From the IMG/VR virus record IMGVR_UViG_2516653005_000001, positions 1 to 64,000 of that record: a stretch of DNA of 64,000 bases; one strand, 5' to 3'. Below are positions 48,386 through 57,326 of the stretch, piece by piece (positions within the stretch are counted from its first letter, which is position 1; each line of letters starts with the position of its first letter). The notes beneath the pieces are model-generated. The model was not told where the DNA came from, searched no databases, and was given only the letters and a program-made list of their open reading frames with translations. The DNA comes from a virus. Taxonomy: Duplodnaviria > Caudoviricetes. A program made the position numbers and the translations under genes.

Positions 48386-48757
48386 ATGACCACGACCGAC
48401 AAGACACCGCTGACGCAGGATGAACTGTCCGGCTTCATCGGCACCGAGAACTATTACCGGCATTCGCTCAACCGCTCGCTGCTCTACACGGACGGCGTCA
48501 AGTTTCTGGCTGAACGGGCCGGCGCTTACTGGCTGATCGACGCCATCGCTATTGCCAACGCGCTGCCGGCGCTCAAGGCCGAACCGTTTCAGTCGTGGAA
48601 GCTGACGGTCAGCCCCGGCAAGAGCGGGCTCCTGGTCTGCGAGGACGGCAATTCCCGGTCACTCTGGACCGAGCGGATGCAGTACACGGATTTCCCCCTC
48701 CCGGAGATCACCCTGTTCTGCACCGATAACGTGCTTATGCTGACGTCCGAATACTGA
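48386..48757 (+). CDS. Phage/plasmid hypothetical protein (DUF6876-like)
   Basis: FIGTE.YYRH, YTDGV..LAE..GAYWLIDAI, YTDFP, ML.SEY. Confidence 0.75.
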   Translation: MTTTDKTPLTQDELSGFIGTENYYRHSLNRSLLYTDGVKFLAERAGAYWLIDAIAIANALPALKAEPFQSWKLTVSPGKSGLLVCEDGNSRSLWTERMQYTDFPLPEITLFCTDNVLMLTSEY

Positions 48758-48759
48758 CC

Positions 48760-49017
48760 ATGCATCTGGTCCTCGAAAAGGGCATGCCGCTGCGTGCCTA
48801 CATCAACGAGTATCGGGCGAACGGCTATCGCGACCTGTTCCCGAGCGTTCGTTCTGTCAAGTCGATCGATGTCGATCCGTACGACGAACACGGCTACCGG
48901 CGTAACCGGGTCTATTGCGCGGTCGACGAATGCTCGACCTTCATCAGCGCCCACACCACGCGCGACGGGGCACAAGCGGTCAATCGCTTCGTGATGCCTG
49001 TCGATATCTGCGCCTAG
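48760..49017 (+). CDS. Hypothetical protein
   Basis: Tightly packed + strand ORF. Confidence 0.5.
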   Translation: MHLVLEKGMPLRAYINEYRANGYRDLFPSVRSVKSIDVDPYDEHGYRRNRVYCAVDECSTFISAHTTRDGAQAVNRFVMPVDICA

Positions 49018-49163
49018 CGCACCCTCACCACATCGCTAATCTGGAGCCTGTGCCATGCTTGACCGCATGATGCGCGCCTATATGCGCGTCGAAATGCCCG
49101 CTGTCTGTCTCGCCTTCGGCGGGATGGCGTTCTTCGCCGCTACCCGGCTGTGAGGAGGCGGCG

Positions 49164-49409
49164 ATGCAACAGCCCCGACCCGTCCTCGTCAACCTGATTG
49201 ATCGTGTCTATGCCAGCGTCGAAGACTGGCTGACCAAAGGACACGACGCCTACGTCTACCTGCGCAGCGATGACAGCCTGTTCGCTGTGCGCGACGACGA
49301 CAACGACCGCTTCAACAAGAGCGAGACTGCCGAGCTCGTCGGTTTCGTGTCCAGCCGCCTGTCCGACATCGACATGGCGTTCCTCTCGCCTGACTTCGGG
49401 AGGGCGTGA
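49164..49409 (+). CDS. Hypothetical protein
   Basis: GAGGAGG RBS. Confidence 0.65.
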   Translation: MQQPRPVLVNLIDRVYASVEDWLTKGHDAYVYLRSDDSLFAVRDDDNDRFNKSETAELVGFVSSRLSDIDMAFLSPDFGRA

Positions 49410-49612
49410 TGGCTGCTGACACCAACGCCTATCTGACCGGCTATCGCATGGCGCGCGAGGGCGCCTCCCGTGCGTCTGTAGCCATCGCCTATGGCTTATC
49501 CGGCGCTGAGGGCTGGGACGCCTTCTACAGCGATCTGGGGCGCCCTAAGGCCCTTGAAACGGCGGCAGAAGCCCAAGCTGCGATCGAGCGACTTGTGGAG
49601 GTGGATCTGTGA
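49406..49612 (+). CDS. Hypothetical protein
   Basis: GGAGG RBS; overlapping start/stop. Confidence 0.6.
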   Translation: MMAADTNAYLTGYRMAREGASRASVAIAYGLSGAEGWDAFYSDLGRPKALETAAEAQAAIERLVEVDL

Positions 49613-49833
49613 GCCTGCTCGACCTGTTTCGCCGCTGTGTCGGCAAGGCACCGGCGCCAACGCTCTCGGCCGGCGACCTGTTCAATTACGGCTACTACGC
49701 CGCCATGCACGGCGAGTCCCGCGCCTTCGTTTCCCAATCCGGCGCTGACGCACTGGAAGGCTACGACGCCTTCTGGCGTGAGCACGGCCCCGAGTGCGTC
49801 CCGTTCTCATACATGGAAGGAACCAGAGCATGA
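49609..49833 (+). CDS. Hypothetical protein, apparent paralog of the preceding ORF
   Basis: Shares GY..A..G.SRA...EG.DAF. Confidence 0.6.
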   Translation: MSLLDLFRRCVGKAPAPTLSAGDLFNYGYYAAMHGESRAFVSQSGADALEGYDAFWREHGPECVPFSYMEGTRA

Positions 49834-50285
49834 CCATTCTCGTCACCCCCGTAGACATCACCTCCGGCCAACTCACCCGCAATGAAGCGATCACCGCATG
49901 GTGCAGGGCCAAGGGATGGCCCGAGGACAACCAGGGTCATCGCAAGTGCGCCGGCATGGATATCGACGCGCTGGTCTCGGTGTTCGCCATCCAGCTCAAG
50001 CCGACGCCGACCGCGTGGGAGAAGCTGTGCGAGACCGCCGCTCGTGACTACAACTTCTGGCACCAGGATCGAATCGGCGGTTCCCTCTACCAGATCAATA
50101 GCTGTCTCGAAAAGATCGGCGCGAAGGTCGTCTTCAAGGATCGCGACGCCTGGGACGAGTTCTCCAGGAAGGCGCAAGCGAAGTGCAACTGGGGCGTGGA
50201 CACCGTTCGCTTCAACTACCTGAAGATCCTGAAGGACCTGCTTCAGGAGATGGGCGCCGAGATCGTCTACAAACAGGAGTCCTGA
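49830..50285 (+). CDS. Hypothetical protein
   Basis: ATGA overlap with the upstream stop; biased codons. Confidence 0.65.
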   Translation: MTILVTPVDITSGQLTRNEAITAWCRAKGWPEDNQGHRKCAGMDIDALVSVFAIQLKPTPTAWEKLCETAARDYNFWHQDRIGGSLYQINSCLEKIGAKVVFKDRDAWDEFSRKAQAKCNWGVDTVRFNYLKILKDLLQEMGAEIVYKQES

Positions 50286-50287
50286 CC

Positions 50288-50452
50288 ATGGTTTTCCTGT
50301 CCAATCTGGCGATCGGTACGATCTGCGGCACTGCCGGCATTCTCGTGGTCGACCTGTGGCGCGGTGAACTGAACCGCCAGAAGGCGATCAACGCTGTCTG
50401 CACCGGCTTCGGCATCGGCGTGGCTGCTGCGATCGTGGCGGCAATCCTGTGA
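50288..50452 (+). CDS. Small two-TM membrane protein
   Basis: AGGAG RBS; MVFLSNLAIG... Confidence 0.55.
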   Translation: MVFLSNLAIGTICGTAGILVVDLWRGELNRQKAINAVCTGFGIGVAAAIVAAIL

Positions 50453-51714
50453 GCACTTTCGCAGCCTCGATCTTGTCCTCCTTCCTCACAGCTCTGACGC
50501 TGCGATGGGTGCAAGATCAGCCGTGGAAGACCAGCGTGTGGCAGAACCTGGTTGGAAGCTGCATCGTCGGTGCGATTGCGACCGCTCTGGTGTGGTTCGC
50601 CCACTACATCTTGTCCTGAGCAGGCAAGTTCAAGGGTACTGGACCGGGATTATCCCGCACCAGATACCAAAATCGCTCAACCACATACTACATCTTGTGT
50701 TCGGAGAGGCAGAATGATGCTCGAAATGCTCGAGGTCAGGCTACGCTGCGTCTGTGTGCTGGTCACTCTGGCCGGTGAAGTGGTGGCTGAACGACTGATT
50801 GGTCCGGAAATAATTCGGGCTTTTATGGCGAGGGAAGTCAGCGGATGACGGACCCATCCCATTGCGCATCAAGCACCCAAACAATTCCCGCGTATTTGGT
50901 GCTTTCGCTGCAACATGGATCGATGGTCAACCGATCTTCCCCACTTCCCTCGTCATCGTCGCTTCTCTGTATCGAGAAGGCGTAACCAGTGAGTTTGCCG
51001 GAGCCCTATCCGGCTTGTGATCTGTCTCCACCTCTAGGGTGTTCTCTCTCTTATAGAGGTTGAGTGTCCCCGGCGGCCCGGCAAATTTGGGCCCGTGGTC
51101 TTATCGGAGATCAGGTCACCGCAGTCGTTTCGTCTGCGAGGAAGTAGGACCAAGAAATTAGCACTTGCGCGGGTTTTCGCGCACGCCGTTCACGCAGTTC
51201 CGTCACTTGCCTGTCGTGCTCGGCGTTTTTCTATCCGGGGCTTCTGTTGCGTCTTACCCTTAGAGGTAAGCGCTCCAGGCGGCCCGCCAAACCACCACAA
51301 CAAGAACCGGGAGATAGCCATGGAGACGTTGGCGTCAATGTATCGCTCTGTCCGCAACCGAGCCAATCCGAGCCCCGCTCAGCGCCGTGCGCTGGTCTCT
51401 GCTCGCTCGATCATCGGCCTTCCCAATGTGCCACCTGAACGGGTGCAGTCTGCGGTCGCCGAGCTGATCTTGGCCTTCGCATAGTCCCCAAATAATTCCC
51501 GACCGCGCGGGAATTTCGACCCCCAAAACGAATTAATTCGGATTTTTTCGGGATTTTCTCCCGACCCATCCGAAATGCAAACGAGCGGTACGCGAGTAAC
51601 TCTCCGCTCATTCACCAACACCCTTCGAAGCTCCATTTCTCTCATGAAACCATGGCCTTAATAGGGCGGAGCGGGTGTGTCCACTTGCTTGCACGAATGC
51701 AAAAGGAGGCAACC

Positions 51715-51855
51715 ATGTCATTCCTCGACAAGCTGAGCGCTCGAACCTTCTCTCGCCTGGAGAAGATCTTCACGATTGGCAGCGTTGCGCTGCCGATCAT
51801 CATCTGGTGCGCCAGCGTCTACATCTTCCTCCACTTCGTCATCAAATACTGGTGA
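51715..51855 (+). CDS. Small one-TM protein
   Basis: AAGGAGG RBS; ends HFVIKYW. Confidence 0.6.
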   Translation: MSFLDKLSARTFSRLEKIFTIGSVALPIIIWCASVYIFLHFVIKYW

Positions 51856-51859
51856 CGCC

Positions 51860-52246
51860 ATGGAGGTCTATCGCGTCGAAAACAAGCACGGCGACGGCCC
51901 CTACAGAAGCGAGTTCCGCGTCGATTCGATGTCCTTGAAGCACAGCGATGCCGCGCACCCGACGCCAATCATTGATGGCATCAAAGATCAGTCCAGCAAC
52001 AAGTTCTGCGGCTTCAAGTCGCTCGACGATCTGAAGCGCTGGTTTGATGGCGAGGATCGCGAGGCCCTCGACTTCATCGGTTACCACGTGTCGATGTACC
52101 GGGTGCCGGACAATGTCATCGATCACGGCACATGCCAGCTCATGTTCCCGAAGGAGGATGCAATCCTTCTCAGCATCATGAACTTGCTGACGTTCGACCC
52201 GCAGACGCCGCGCAACCCGCGCTACTACGACGAACTGTCTTGGTAG
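51860..52246 (+). CDS. Phage hypothetical protein
   Basis: VYRVE...G.GPY, HPTP..DG, FCGF.S...L..WF. Confidence 0.7.
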   Translation: MEVYRVENKHGDGPYRSEFRVDSMSLKHSDAAHPTPIIDGIKDQSSNKFCGFKSLDDLKRWFDGEDREALDFIGYHVSMYRVPDNVIDHGTCQLMFPKEDAILLSIMNLLTFDPQTPRNPRYYDELSW

Positions 52247-52252
52247 GTGACC

Positions 52253-52510
52253 ATGGGCAAGCGAAAAGACGGTCGCGCCATCACCCCTTACGCCGGGTCA
52301 TGGGCGCAGATACAGGCGGCCCGCACCCGCCCGCAATACAACATCCGCCTCACCTACGTGGACGGAAAGCGGAAGTGGAAGGCTGATCGCCAGCACGCTG
52401 ACGGTGCCGTTACGCACCTCGATGTCTTCGACAGCCGCAAGCAGGCAGAAACAACGATACGCCTACTCGCCGGTCCTGGCGGGGACGTCACAATCCTCGA
52501 TTACATCTGA
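52253..52510 (+). CDS. Hypothetical protein
   Basis: Packed + strand ORF. Confidence 0.55.
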   Translation: MGKRKDGRAITPYAGSWAQIQAARTRPQYNIRLTYVDGKRKWKADRQHADGAVTHLDVFDSRKQAETTIRLLAGPGGDVTILDYI

Positions 52511-52517
52511 GGGGCAC

Positions 52518-52931
52518 ATGACCAACTACTACACCGACTTCGCGGCGGAGTTTCCGCTGCATACGCCGGAGAACGTGGCCAAGGCCTTGCAGATCAAGGA
52601 GGCGCTGGCCGAGGAGTTCGCCGAACAATGTTGGCCGCTGTTCGAGATGACGGTGAATGCAGACAAGAACAGTCTGTTCTTCACCGGAGACGGCGATCCC
52701 GAACACGTCATCATCTTCATCGAACGACTGGCTAAAGCCCTCAATCTGAGCGGCAAATGGGGCTTCGAGTGGTCGCATGGCTGCGACAAGGCGCGGACCG
52801 ATGCGTTCGGCGGCGGCGCAGTCGTCATCGACCTTGCGACCGGCGTCGCGTCAGAGACGATCCACACAAGCGTCTGGCTCGAAGAGCGCACTGGCGCTCC
52901 GTCTCAACCCGCAATCGTGACCCAGCAATAG
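52518..52931 (+). CDS. Hypothetical protein
   Basis: GAGGGG RBS; WGFEWS.GC.K.R.DAFGGGAV.I. Confidence 0.7.
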   Translation: MTNYYTDFAAEFPLHTPENVAKALQIKEALAEEFAEQCWPLFEMTVNADKNSLFFTGDGDPEHVIIFIERLAKALNLSGKWGFEWSHGCDKARTDAFGGGAVVIDLATGVASETIHTSVWLEERTGAPSQPAIVTQQ

Positions 52932-52940
52932 GAGGAAGCA

Positions 52941-53156
52941 ATGGGAAGCTTCATGCACATCAAGAAGGGCGATGTCGTCACGCGGCGCATCGCCGGAGCG
53001 GCAGAGATGACCCTGCAGGTCACCGATGTCACCGATACCCACATCATCTGCGGCGCGTGGCAGTTCGACCGCAAGAGTGGCGTGGAAGAGGACGGCGAAC
53101 TCCGCTGGGGTGTCCAGTTCGGCGTGTCCGGCTCCTGTCTCGTCGAAGCCGCATAG
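52941..53156 (+). CDS. Hypothetical protein
   Basis: AGGAGG RBS. Confidence 0.7.
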   Translation: MGSFMHIKKGDVVTRRIAGAAEMTLQVTDVTDTHIICGAWQFDRKSGVEEDGELRWGVQFGVSGSCLVEAA

Positions 53157-53164
53157 GTGCAACC

Positions 53165-53461
53165 ATGAACATCTACCGCGTTCCCATCATCATCGCCGGC
53201 AGCGCCTATGTGCTGGCCAGCTCCATGGTCGAGGCGCAGCGGGCGGTCGGCATGATGTCCGATATGTCGATCGAGGTTCAGGAGGACGAGACCCAGGAGG
53301 TGCCGATCTCAGGACGTCGTCTCGATGACCCGGACCTCCCTGACGTATCGATCTCGCCGGCCATGACTGTGGTCGGTATCGAGCCCGATAGCTCTCCAGA
53401 ACTGGTTGACACGTCGGCCCTGCCCGAAGTGGACGACACCGACGAACTGCAGGCGGCGTGA
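53165..53461 (+). CDS. Acidic hypothetical protein
   Basis: MNIYRVPII... with AGGT RBS. Confidence 0.6.
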   Translation: MNIYRVPIIIAGSAYVLASSMVEAQRAVGMMSDMSIEVQEDETQEVPISGRRLDDPDLPDVSISPAMTVVGIEPDSSPELVDTSALPEVDDTDELQAA

Positions 53462-53667
53462 GGCCTTTCCCATGATCATCAAGGCTAAGACCGATAAGGC
53501 GTACGCTCAGGCGTGCAACCTTCCCTTCTCGCTTCCACTTCCATTTCCGAATGTGGATGTCGACCCGAGCTATCTGCACGTTCTCGATCTGCGCCAGTTC
53601 GAGACGGTGGATGGAGGCGTCGTTGAGCCGGCCTAACGCATCATCCAACCAATCACCAACCAAGAGG

Positions 53668-54235
53668 TTCATGACACATATCCCGAAGATACGGGGAGAG
53701 GGTGCTCCCAAGTAGTAGCACCACGCCGAAAGGCGCTGAACGAGGCGTTACTGGACGCCTACAACCCCGTACATAGCTCCCTCATCTTTGGAGCAGCCTA
53801 AAACCTGCCGGTCACAAGGCGTCATAGGCGACACTTACGTCGCAGGCTGTGGCCCTTCCGACCAATCACATCTGATCGATGGACGATTGCAAGTCCTTGA
53901 AACGCACGGTCGCAGCCTCCGCAAAGCTGCCGCCCGGCTGGAGCGAATGCCAGCCACCCATTCCAATCCACTCGCCGGGGGTTCGCGCCAGGTTCGCCAG
54001 CGCAATAGCCCTTAACCTGCAGAGTGAACCTACGCGTTAAAGCCGGGCGCGTAGGCGTAAGCATGCCGGCAACGGCTCTCAGTGAGACCCTAGCTAAGAG
54101 GCCTTAAGCCGTAGGCCTGGCGAGGATGGGTCGACCTCAACAATGTGGTGAACGTTTGCGCGGACCGAAAGCCCCGCGCTCATGAGAGGCTGCGCGAGCC
54201 AAAATCGCGAACCGAGACCGGCGGGATAACCGGTC
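53668..54235 (+). ncRNA. Candidate large structured ncRNA (unclassified)
   Basis: About 570 nt without a credible ORF; many hand-paired helices including long-range ones; strand inferred from neighbours and GNRA loops. Confidence 0.55.
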
Positions 54236-54420
54236 AACACTTTCCGCTGGAGCACGTAAGTCATCATGCCTCCGGTAAGGGGTTGCGCCGAGTGATATCC
54301 GACGCGCCACATCCGCCGAGAGCTGCAAGGTCAAGAGGGTGATGGACTAAAGCCCGAGAATGGCCGCTCGTGGTCTCGGATCGTTTTCCGGTGCGCTGCT
54401 CCAGCGGAAAGTGTTCACCA
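54236..54420 (+). ncRNA. Candidate ~180-nt RNA closed by a perfect 19-bp stem
   Basis: aacactttccgctggagca (54236-54254) pairs with tgctccagcggaaagtgtt (54397-54415), followed by CACCA. Confidence 0.55.
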
Positions 54421-54440
54421 ACTGAAGGAACGACCATTCC

Positions 54441-54686
54441 ATGCCCATCGATGTGATTGAGATTGATCCTGCGGTTGCGGAGCGCACTGAAATCGTCAAT
54501 GCCACAACCTACGATGCGCGCAAGGTCATCATCGATGGCGATGAACTCATCGTCATGATCTACGGCAGCGGCCCAAGCGATCACATCCATCGTATCGCGC
54601 GGATGATCGACGCGATGACATTCATCAGCCTCGCACCGAGCGGCGATGTGAGCATCAAGCAAAGAACGGTGACTGTGTCGCGATGA
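54441..54686 (+). CDS. Hypothetical protein
   Basis: AAGGA RBS. Confidence 0.6.
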   Translation: MPIDVIEIDPAVAERTEIVNATTYDARKVIIDGDELIVMIYGSGPSDHIHRIARMIDAMTFISLAPSGDVSIKQRTVTVSR

Positions 54687-55147
54687 CATGCGCAACGTGT
54701 CGCTGGTTCGATCCAGACTTCGCGCCTGACGACGATCCAGCGGAGGCGCTGGGTCTATGTACATGGCCCGCAGAACGCTTGCCCATTTCCCTCGAATGGG
54801 GAAATCGCGAGCGACGCGCTGTGTCCCCGCTTGACGGCGCTAATTGCTATTGCCTTGAGCCCTCAACAGATAGGTGCGCCATGCCATACTACACAGACAA
54901 CCGGTTCGATGATGGCCACGCCACGGCTTACTGCGCGGCAAAACCAATCGGTCCGGGTGGAAGGACTGTGCATTTCTGGGCCAGCACAAAAGCGCTACCT
55001 GGTTATCCGGGCTGGCATTTCCTGACCATGCATGCCGATCGGTACGACTCCATGGAATGCTCGACGCGCGATGTCATTGGAACGATTGCCGAGATGCAGG
55101 CGGCGTGGGAGCTCGACCTAACGGCTCGTTACGGAGCCTCTGCGTAA
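54683..55147 (+). CDS. Cysteine-rich hypothetical protein (possibly two fused ORFs)
   Basis: MTCATCRWF; an internal AGGT RBS precedes MPYYTD. Confidence 0.5.
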   Translation: MTCATCRWFDPDFAPDDDPAEALGLCTWPAERLPISLEWGNRERRAVSPLDGANCYCLEPSTDRCAMPYYTDNRFDDGHATAYCAAKPIGPGGRTVHFWASTKALPGYPGWHFLTMHADRYDSMECSTRDVIGTIAEMQAAWELDLTARYGASA

Positions 55148-55307
55148 CGACTAGATCAACAGACTATATCAATTTGCGCCGTGGTTCCTGGCGCAATGCT
55201 GCCCCGCCGCACGGGGTAGTGCGGTTGGAGTGTTCCTGTCCCTGACGAGTTGCCCGTCAGCGACGGTCGAGCACTCGCGAACCGCATATTTTCCTTCGGA
55301 GGCACCC

Positions 55308-55691
55308 ATGAGCTATTCTTGCACCGACTTCACCGACGACATTCTCGACGCTCTTGGCATCGTGGTACCTGACGAAAGCCTGGAGTGCCCCGATGATCAA
55401 GCTGCTCTCGCCCTTGCCGAGATCAACCGCATGAAACAACTGATCGAGGACCGCTCTCCGATCGCGGTCATCCTCGAAGGAGGGCTGTGTCAGTGCGTCG
55501 TCTCTAAGAGTCCGTTGATGGTCGGCCGCCCCTATATCGTGATCGATTACGACACCGATGGCGCCGATGATGACGACGATAAGATCGTGGACGTCGAGCA
55601 AGCGGACGGATCGACATCCGACGCTTTCGTCAGTGGAGGCAAGATCACCGAGGCCACGATCATCATTCCCGTCGAGGGAGCCCCGGAATGA
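55308..55691 (+). CDS. Acidic hypothetical protein
   Basis: GGAGG RBS; VILEGGL, IDYD.DG.D. Confidence 0.7.
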   Translation: MSYSCTDFTDDILDALGIVVPDESLECPDDQAALALAEINRMKQLIEDRSPIAVILEGGLCQCVVSKSPLMVGRPYIVIDYDTDGADDDDDKIVDVEQADGSTSDAFVSGGKITEATIIIPVEGAPE

Positions 55692-55939
55692 GACGCCCGA
55701 TCACTCTCGCGATCGTACTCTTCCTAGGGGCGATGTGCGCCGGCTGTGAAGACGCGGCCAAGCCTGAGCCGCAGTTCGCGTGCATGACGGTAGGCGACCC
55801 GTATGTATGCCGATCCACGTCAGGCCAGTGCTTCAACTGTACCCAGCGCGGCATCGTCTGCCCAGCACCTACGAAGCTCTACTCGAAACCGTCCGGCGAA
55901 CTTGGTTGTCGGCTGGAAGACGCATCACAAACAGAATAG
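55688..55939 (+). CDS. Putative cysteine-rich lipoprotein
   Basis: Signal peptide with lipobox-like CAGC. Confidence 0.55.
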   Translation: MRRPITLAIVLFLGAMCAGCEDAAKPEPQFACMTVGDPYVCRSTSGQCFNCTQRGIVCPAPTKLYSKPSGELGCRLEDASQTE

Positions 55940-56071
55940 GTCACTCATGACCCGTGCTCTCGACAACATCGGGCGTCTGCTCGAAACGATCGCCGATGCC
56001 TTCATCATCGACATGGTGTTCGCCCTGACCGGCGCCGACATCTCGGTCCCGCACAAGACGGGATTGTCATC

Positions 56072-56605
56072 ATGAAGGCGTTCAATAAGGACGAACCATT
56101 TACCCTTTCGGAGGTCGAAGCCGCCCTCTGTGTGTGGGAGACCATTCTCAAATGGGTGTGCGACGAGCAGTGCAAACGCCCAGAATGGGAAGGCGCCAAT
56201 GATGGTTACGGAGCATATGAGCTGCGCATGCAGTCCATGGTGCTTGGCCGCTGGTGTCTGGCAGTCATCGACATCTGCGAGAAGCGCGACCCCCAACTGT
56301 TCGATGGCATGGCATGGGACTGGGAAGTCATCCCGTTGGTCCTCGGCTACGCAATGACAGCAGACGGACAAGCCGCAATCTATGCACAAGAACTTCGCGA
56401 TTATCGCGACATTGCGGAACTGGTCTATGACCGTGTCAAGCGCGACGAGTTCATCGGAAAAGCCAAGGCTCATGCCGCGTTGATGGGTCTCTCAGCAGAT
56501 CTGATCGACGATCACCCGAGTGAAGTCGACAACGCTATCGGCGAGGGCCAAGCCCCGAAAGACTTCGTCACCAAGCTCGCACTGAGTGTGGCCGACGCCT
56601 CCTGA
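56072..56605 (+). CDS. Hypothetical protein
   Basis: EAALCVWE, WDWEVIP. Confidence 0.7.
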   Translation: MKAFNKDEPFTLSEVEAALCVWETILKWVCDEQCKRPEWEGANDGYGAYELRMQSMVLGRWCLAVIDICEKRDPQLFDGMAWDWEVIPLVLGYAMTADGQAAIYAQELRDYRDIAELVYDRVKRDEFIGKAKAHAALMGLSADLIDDHPSEVDNAIGEGQAPKDFVTKLALSVADAS

Positions 56606-56610
56606 CAAAC

Positions 56611-56687
56611 GCTCCAATCGTCTAACGGCTAGGACGTCAGCCCCCTCAGGCTGGAAATACGCGGTTCGAGTCCCGTTTGGAGCGCCA
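56611..56687 (+). tRNA. Atypical tRNA-Glu-like RNA: 8-nt anticodon loop CCCCUCAG and bulged T-stem (copy 1)
   Basis: GCUCCAA/UUGGAGC acceptor, Glu-type D-arm, UCAGC/GCUGG stem, ACG(C)GG/CCCGU T-stem, GCCA end; 77 nt. Confidence 0.85.
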
Positions 56688-56729
56688 TCTTCGTAACTAC
56701 TCGTTTGCTTGAATTGGAAGGATGAGCGA

Positions 56730-57320
56730 ATGCAAATCTCGTTGAAGCGCGCACTTAAACTGCGCAAGGAACTGGAAGGCCGGTTGAGCTCCATGGAGTT
56801 TCCGACCGCCGTTAATATCAGCCTGCTCACGGACCTGAGCCGCGAGCAGATCGAGACCGCTATCGAAGCGGCGTCGACGGCGATCGACAAAGCGTTCGCT
56901 CAGTACGAGCAACTGTCTCGCGTCCTCGCCGAGCTGCGCCAGAACATCGCGAAGGCCAACCTCGATAACGGTGTCGAAGCGGCGCTGTCCGAGATCGCTC
57001 ACATCGATCGCAAGATCACCATCCGGAAGAAGCTCGCCAGCATCGCGGTGATGCCGCAGATCGACGCAGTCATGGCTGAGGTCGAGTTCTCTCGCCGCGC
57101 TCTGATCTCGCCCGATACGACCAGCTATCGTTCACCGTCCAAGGCGATCGGCTTCTCGGCGGTCTCCGAAACGCTGAAGGAAGAGATCGCCGGCGAGCTG
57201 GCGCAGCTTCGGCGCGACCGCGAAGCCATCGAAGACAAGCGCGCAGCCGCCAACGCTGGCACGCGTATCACCATTGCTGATGAGGACAACGAACTGCTCC
57301 GGCAGCTCGGCATCCTCTGA
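56730..57320 (+). CDS. Coiled-coil protein (DIP1984/DUF6847-like)
   Basis: MQISLKRALKLRKEL...LR..IA.AN...R..IED....N..T.ITI; family recalled from pattern only. Confidence 0.6.
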   Translation: MQISLKRALKLRKELEGRLSSMEFPTAVNISLLTDLSREQIETAIEAASTAIDKAFAQYEQLSRVLAELRQNIAKANLDNGVEAALSEIAHIDRKITIRKKLASIAVMPQIDAVMAEVEFSRRALISPDTTSYRSPSKAIGFSAVSETLKEEIAGELAQLRRDREAIEDKRAAANAGTRITIADEDNELLRQLGIL

Positions 57321-57326
57321 CGCAAT

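Noticed and set aside
54236-54415. Retron msr-msd with a1/a2 inverted repeats
   Set aside because: No reverse transcriptase ORF recognised anywhere in the window.
55242-55285. Hammerhead ribozyme (CUGACGA present)
   Set aside because: CUGACG is paired in a stem with CGUCAG, and no correctly placed GAAA and NUH core can be built.
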